A stretch of 64,000 nt of DNA from Cyanophora paradoxa CCMP329. Lineage: Eukaryota > Plantae > Glaucophyta. The translations under genes were made by a program, and so were the position numbers. Location: NCBI GenBank assembly GCA_004431415.1, contig QPMI01000632.1, positions 1 to 64,000 on the forward strand. The letters run 5' to 3'. The notes under the pieces are model-generated. The model did not search any database and was not told the origin of the DNA. It saw nothing but the letters and a program-made list of their open reading frames with translations. This document shows positions 57,580-64,000 of this stretch, piece by piece (within the stretch, counting starts at the first letter, position 1; each line of letters opens with the position of its first letter).

Positions 57580-58685
57580 CTAGCTGAGGTGCATGGCGTC
57601 GGGGCCCTCGCTGGGCCACGGGGGCGAGACGAGCGATGGGGAGGCGGGGACGGAGGCGAGGCCCGGCCCGCAGCGCCCGGAGCCGCGCTTCGCGGGGGCC
57701 AGGGGCGAGTCCGGGTGCCGCTTGCCCCGCGGCTCGGGCGGGGCGAGGAATGGGGAGGGGGAGGGCGGGGCGGGGGCGGGAGAGGCGGAGCAGGCCCCCC
57801 GGGGCGCGTCTCCGCTGAGGCGCGGCCGGCGCGCGCTAGGGCCCGGGCTTCGGTCGCCCCCTTCCGAGGCGCCGCCCTTGCGCTTACGGGGGGACTCGGG
57901 GACGGGAGGGGCGAAGGGGGCCCGGAGGGGAAGGGGAGGGGCGTACAGGGAGAGGAGGGAGATGAGGCTCTCGGGAACGGTGTACCCCAGGGAGGACAGG
58001 CCGGAGAGGATGGTGCGGAGGGCCGGAATGGGCACGTGCCACGCCGCTGCCACCGGGTCCTGAAAGGATCGTCAGGGGGGGTACACGCGCGATCGGAGGG
58101 GAGAGCGCACCCAGCGCCGGTTCGACTCCGGGAGGGCCTCGATAACTTTGGACGTCTCCGGGTGGAACGAATCGAAGGAAACGATGCACGAGTCCGCGCG
58201 GAATGTGATGCACGCGTCAGGGAACGCGCACGGCGTCTCTGCCTCCGGGATCTGCAGGGGGGCGGATGGTGAGGGGCGGGGCGGGGCGCTGCGAGCTGGA
58301 GCGCACGAGGGATGCCTCGCGCATCAGCTCCGAGGCCCCCGGCACGTCCCGAAAGATGTGGAAGACAAGCGGGATCGACGAGCGGGGGAGCACCTGCAGG
58401 GAGGGTCGGCGGGGGCGCGGGAGGTAGCGGCGGCGGACGAACCCAGGACTCCCAGCCGAAGCGGCGCGCTCCCGCGATGCGCGTCTCGACGAGGCGAACG
58501 AGCGCTGGCTCCGGGGGGCTGAGGTTGAGGACGAGGTGGGAGACGTAGCCCAGATGAGAGCGGTGCGTATCTCGAACGACGCGGAGCTCTATCCTCTGAT
58601 CGTGGATGGCCGCCTGCAGCGCGGCGATCTCGGACGGCTGCAGCCGCCTCACCGCGGCGCGGCCCTCCAGGACGAAAGCCCTCAT
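57580..58685 (-). CDS. Hypothetical protein with two HARP-like domains, multi-exon
   Basis: Spliced VSFDSFHPETSKVIEALPESNRRW|DPVAAAWHVPIPALRTILSGL and LSPPEPALVRLVETRIAGARRFGWESW|VLP resemble HARP repeats. The ends are uncertain. Confidence 0.45.
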
Positions 58686-58980
58686 CGGGTTATTCTCTAT
58701 CTGTCTCCGTGCGACCCGTGCGGCGCTGCTGCCGCCGCTCGCGCCCAGCACGCTCCCGCCGAAACGACTTTGAACTCGGCGTGCCTCTGGAGGCGGCTGA
58801 TGTGCACAAAGCGCGTGTTTAGGCCGCTCGCGTGCCGGCCGAGTCGCAGCGAGGCCGGATTCGGCGCGGTCGCTCCCAAGTCCTGGGTACGCAAACGAAA
58901 GTCTTCAAAGCCCGAACCCGGGCATTGGCGCGAAACGAGACTAGCCAAGGGGCGGGCCTGCCGCAGCGGCGCACGCACCT

Positions 58981-61725
58981 ATGAGCGACGACGAGCGCAC
59001 GGGTGCGTTCCCTCGCCTGGTTCGCAAGTTGACCGCGACGAGCTTCGACGAACGCTGCGGCACAGGAAACTCGGGCGATGAGAACTACAACGATGGCGAG
59101 GGCGAGATGAGGATGGAGACCGCCTCCAGCAGCGAGAAGGACAATGGCGGCGACGCGGAGGCGAGCGGGGCGGCCACCGATGCCGAGGGCGACTCGATGA
59201 TGGACGACAGGGCAGAGTCGTCGGCCATGGCTGATGTCCGCAGGCTTCCCGCGCTGCTCTGGTCGAGCGCTCCTAAGGCGGCCGCGCAGGTGGACGGCGA
59301 TGGAGGCAATGTGAGCGGGAATGAGAACGCTCGCAGCGCGAGCGCCAGCCCCAGCGAGGGCGTCGGGGCCGACCAGACTGCGGTGGTCGACATGGAGGAC
59401 ACAGACGGAGCTAGCAGCGCGCCGGAGCATCCGTCGAAGCGGCGCACGGACGGGCCGCAGGAGATGCCGGCCGAGCTCAAGCGCATGCGCACTCTTCGCG
59501 AGGGCGGCGACAGCGATGGCGAGGCCGACGAGCCGGCGGCCGGTAGCAGCAGCGGCGGCGTGGAGAGCGGCGGCGGCGCGGGCCCCTCGGCGGTCCCGGG
59601 CCCCTCGACCGGCGCGGGCCCCTCATCCGGGGCGGGACCGTCAGCTGGGCCTAGCTCGTCGCATCCGGCGCCTGCAGAGCCTGCAGAAGAGCAAGAGGTC
59701 CGTCCCGCGTCGGGGGGCGGCGGGCGCGGCGCCCCTGCGCGCGCTGACCGACGGGGCGCGCGCAGCCGCAGCTGAGCCACGTGAGCCGGGACGAGATTGT
59801 GCGGGGAATGGAGGAGCGCGGCGCGGTGACCTTCGAGTGCATAACGAACGACGACACGGACGACAACCTGATCAAGCTCACGGGTGCGCCCCCGGCCGGC
59901 GCCCCGGCCCGAGCGAGCGAGGCTGAGGCTGACCGGCACGTACGCACGAGCAGACCTGAAGAACATCTTCTCGAAGCAGCTGCCGAAGATGCCGCGGGAC
60001 TACATCCTGAGGCTCGTCTTCGACCGCAAGCACTGGTCCATGCTCATCAAGAAGCAGGCGCGCCCACTCACGCCCCGTCCCGCCCGGCCGTGGCTGCCGC
60101 TCACAGGCAAAGCGGGCGCAGGAGCGGGTGATCGGGGGCATCACGTTCCGCCCGACGCGCTCGCACGACGGCGTGACGCACTTCGCCGAGATCGCCTTCT
60201 GCGCCATCACCTCCTCCGAGCAAGTCCGGGTGCGCCCGGGCCCCAGGCTCGGACTACAACGCCGAGGACCGTCTCCTCCGCCGCTCGGCTGACGCTCTGC
60301 CCCCGCAGGGCTTCGGCACGCGCCTCATGAACCACTTCAAGGACTACGCGCGGCGGGTGCGCGCCTCTCGCCGGCCCCAACTCCTTCCCGCCCCGCCCGG
60401 CCGCTCACACGGGGAGCAGGCGGGCATCACGCACGCGCTGACGTACGCCGACAACGACGCCATCGGCTACTTCGAGAAGCAGGCGAGCGTAGCGTACCCC
60501 CGTGCTCCCCTCGCCGCTCCCGGGCTGAGCGGCCCCCGCAGGGCTTCACCAAGACGATCACGCTGGAGAAGGACAAGTGGTTCGGGTACATCAAGGACTA
60601 CGACGGGTGCGCGCGCCTCGTCCCTTCTCCTCCTCCGCTCGCCCCTCTTGTCCCCTCCGGCGCGCGCCTCACTTCTTTCACCTCCCCGCTTCTCTCCAGG
60701 GGTACGCTGATGGAGTGCGTGATCTACAAGTGCATAGACTACCTCGACATCGCGGGCATGGTCCGGAAGCAGAGGGCGGTCCGCCTGCGTACCCCTCCCC
60801 CGCACCCCGCACCCGTACCCCCGCGCCGCCCCTCACGCGCCGCGCCGCGCCCCAACGGCAGGCCCTCTTCGAGAAGCTGCGGCGGATGAACCGGGCGCCG
60901 ACGGTCTACAGCGGGCGCGCCCTCTTCGCCGACGGCGCCACCTCCGTCCCCGTCGACAAGATCGAGGGCCTCCGTGCGCGCGCCGGCTCGATCCCGCGCC
61001 GTTCCCGTTTCCGCTTCCCGACCGCCCCGCCCCGCTCGCAGCGCCCGGCTACGTCCCGAAGTCCCAGCGGGCCCCCGCCAAGTGCGCGTACCCCCTAGGC
61101 CTCCTCGCTCTCTTCGGCTTCGCCCGCCCCGTGCCGACGCCCACCGCAGCGAGCAGGCGTCGGGCGACATGCGCGACGACCTCAAGAAGCTCCTCTACTC
61201 CCTCCAGGTACCCCCCTCCCCCTTTCTCCCCCTCTTCCTTTCCTCCCCCCTTCTCAGCGCCTGGCCTTCGCAGCACCACTCGGCGGCGTGGCCCTTCCTG
61301 GCGCCCGTGAACCCCGACGAGGTCGAGGACTACTACAAGGTCATCAAGGACCCCATCGGTGAGCTCTGCTCCTGCGATGCGAGCGGCGCCCGGGCCGGCC
61401 CTCGCTTAAGCTTGGCGCGCGGCAGACCTTTCGGCGATCGAGCGCAAGGTGAACAGCACGGGGCCGGACCAGTACCGGAGCCGGGAGGCCTTCGCCCTCG
61501 ACGTGCAGCGCATGCTCCGCAACTGCCGCATCTACAACGACCGGCGCGCCGCCCCTGCCTGATCTGCTCAGATCTGATCTGATCTGATCTGACTTCGTGC
61601 GCAGGGAGACGCGGTACTACAAGTGCGCGGACGACCTGGAGCGCTTCTTCAACGCCAAGTACCGGGCCTTCTTCAAGGCCCTACCCCCCGGCGTCTCCCC
61701 GGCCCCCCGCTCTAGCGCCGCCTAG
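58981..61725 (+). CDS. GCN5: Histone acetyltransferase GCN5 (GNAT plus bromodomain), multi-exon
   Basis: [51 protein letters not shown]|[23 protein letters not shown]|[10 protein letters not shown]|GTLMEC; bromodomain [18 protein letters not shown]|DLS..NCRIYN. Confidence 0.97.
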
Positions 61726-62527
61726 CCGCAGCAGCCGCACCCAATTCGACAAAATCAAAGAACGATGTCCATGTCTGGTTTGGTGCTCGGGGCTCGCTCT
61801 CGCTCTCTTAGGCTAGCTTAGGTGCTCGGGGTTTTTTTCTCTCTTAGGCTAGCTCGCTCTCTTAGGCTCTAGAGGAGCAACCGTGCACGGGACATCCTGG
61901 CTCAACGAGCAGAAGTCGGAATGCGAATTCGAAGCAGGCTGGATTTAGCGTATCCTCCGTCCTTGAGCTCCTCCCCCTCCCGTCCCCGACTCCCCGTGGC
62001 TTGGCTCGTGGCTGGAGGCGGCCTCCCCCCCCCCTCGATCTCCCGAACTCGGCTATAATGGACGGCGCGCGCGCGTGCGCGTCGTACGCGTCCACCGTCA
62101 AGCTCCTGGCTTTTTGATAATGAAGAATTCGAATGGATTCAATGATTGATAATTAATCGACAGAGTGAGAGCTGCGTATATATACATACGCCGACATCGC
62201 GGTCGAGCACAGCAGGCCAGGCGGGATATTTACACGATGCCTGCATTTGGCAGGCGTGCGCGAGGCGCCGGCGGACTTGCGATCGGGGATCCGGAAGAGC
62301 TCTCTTGCGTGGTCGTCGCTTAGACGCACTGGTTGCCAGGCGCGTTGAGGCAGCCGCCTGGTGAGACGCGGGCGTTAGCTTCGATCGCAATTCAGTTCTA
62401 GGGCGTGGCGTGAGTGCGGACCCTCGCCGTTCGGCTTCTTGCAGCAGAATTGCGTCTCCTGCAAGTTAACCCGTCGAAGAACGGACGGGCATCAGTGGAG
62501 GACACGTTCGAGAGAGACAATGCATAT

Positions 62528-64000
62528 TTAAGAAGAAAGAAAGAATTCGAAACGCGCCTTGCAGCAGCCGGACTGCTCGAAGCCCGGCGGGCCAAGGCCG
62601 GTCCCCGAGCCCGGCTCGCAGCAGACCCAGTTCTGGTTGTCTGCGGCGCCCCCGCCGGGGCTCGTCCGGGTCAGCATTATTGATTCATATATATTGCAAC
62701 GAGCCTCGGAGGTGCACGCACGCGGGCACTCCTGGTTCAGCGCGGTGCACTGCACATTCGGCTCCTTGCACCTGTACACATCCGTGCGTTAGGTCGATAT
62801 CGATGTCGATTAAATATATATTGGTTAAATATTCAATGGCCATAGACAAATGCGAGGCTTCGAAATCAACGAGGGTGCGCACACGCCGTTGTCGCAGGTC
62901 TGGGAGGAGGAGCAGCACGTGGAGCCGCAGCACTTGCCGGTGGGGCAGCACGACGCGGAGGTCCCCGAGCCGCAGCACTCCGTGCCCGAGCCGCAAATCT
63001 GACCGTTGCACAGCGGCTTGCACCTGCGCGCGCAGTGAATCCCTCGCGGCTTGCACAGCGAAACAAATTAAATGTGGATTTGACAGGTAGCGCGCGCGCG
63101 CGCGCGCTAATCAAGACGTCGACATTCGACGATGATATATTATAATTAATATAACGGCGAAATTCGCGCACACGCCGTTGTCGCAGTACTCGGTGTCGCT
63201 GCAGCACGAAGTGCCGCAGCACTTGGTCTTGAGGCAGACGCCGGTGCCGCAGCACGTGTAGTCGCTGGGGTTCGCTCCGGAGGGGACGTCGCGGCAGTCG
63301 TTTCCGCCGCAGCAGAGGCTTGTGGCCTTGTTGCAGCAGCCGTCCGTCCCACAGCAGTCCTCGCCCTCGGTGCAGCAACGAGCCGGATCCTCGCCCTGCG
63401 CGCATTCGATCAACGATCGCGATACCGATGTCATGCTGAGCTTGTCTCGATGTAGATCGGAATATATTATTATAATATCTTATGGTTATAACTAGAAACC
63501 GGGACGCACCGGGCAGCACTTGCCGGGGGTACAGCAGAGGTTCGTCCCGGCGCAGCACTCCTGGCTCGATTCGCAGCAGTTGTCCTGCGCACATATATAT
63601 CAAATATTCAAGAAGAAGAACATCGATACCTTAATTTCATGGTTGATCAGAACCGCACCTTGCAGCAAGTCTTGCCTGCAATCACGAGCACACAATTCGT
63701 TAGGCGCCGGCCGCAAATACAGAATATTATAATTAATTCGAGCTCGAGTGCGCAATTGCCACACCTGTCTCGCAGCACGTCTCCGGGCAGCATTGCGGCT
63801 TTGCTGAGTGAATGAATTTGAAGTTCGTGATCAGTAAGAGTTCACGTTGGCACGGGAAACCAAATTAAAGTCGAGCACCGCTCGGGCAGCAGCCCTTCTG
63901 GCCCGCGACTCCCTCGGTGCTGAGGCAGCACTCCTCCGTCGCCTGGCAGCAGCCGAGCACGCCTTCGTTTTGCTGGCAGCACTTCGCAGCTGCGCATTGC
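62528..64000 (-). CDS. Cys-rich (CC-repeat) probable extracellular protein; 5' part lies beyond the window
   Basis: Successive exons CCQQNEGVLGCCQATEECC, CCESSQECCAGTNLCC, CCTEGEDCCGTDGCC...YCDNGVC and ECCGSGTSASCCPTGKCCGSTCC...CDNGVC, separated by AT-rich introns. The 3' end is approximate. Confidence 0.7.

Noticed and set aside
61795-61872. TCTTAGGCT repeats resembling telomeric sequence
   Set aside because: Only three or four interrupted copies in a 3' region; simple local duplication.

Overview
This is a very GC-rich eukaryotic (protist/algal-type) genomic window. Genes are broken by many short (~60-100 nt) introns, a sizeable share with GC rather than GT donors, so most long ORFs in the supplied track are shadow frames. 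Host genes, left to right: a PP2C phosphatase, an AF4/FMR2 (AFF)/CWZF-like nuclear protein, two inverted divergently transcribed paralogues of a giant multi-sensor hybrid kinase (pseudokinase C-lobe, AAA/STAND ATPase, helical region, GAF, PAS, HisKA, HATPase, REC) flanking an unknown gene and an AN1-AN1-UBX gene, then a YbaK-like protein, an ankyrin protein, a HARP-like protein, GCN5 and a Cys-rich protein. Main results: (1) A complete, AT-rich 11,130-bp Polinton-like endogenous virus (38901-50030) with 273-bp TIRs and a 6-bp TSD (GGCGGG). It encodes a packaging ATPase, double-jelly-roll major capsid protein, penton, protein-primed PolB, rve integrase and DUF5710 protein, with no recognisable maturation protease. 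It sits inside one kinase paralogue, and the other paralogue preserves the empty site. (2) In both kinases the phospho-acceptor His is encoded by a 4-nt micro-exon, and the virus lies in the intron right after it. (3) At the left edge is an intronless virus-like pair: a UL9/origin-binding-type SF2 helicase (absent from the ORF track) and a catalytically degenerate HNH-AP2 gene. Gene models and domain calls come from manual translation and motif recognition; no searches were run.
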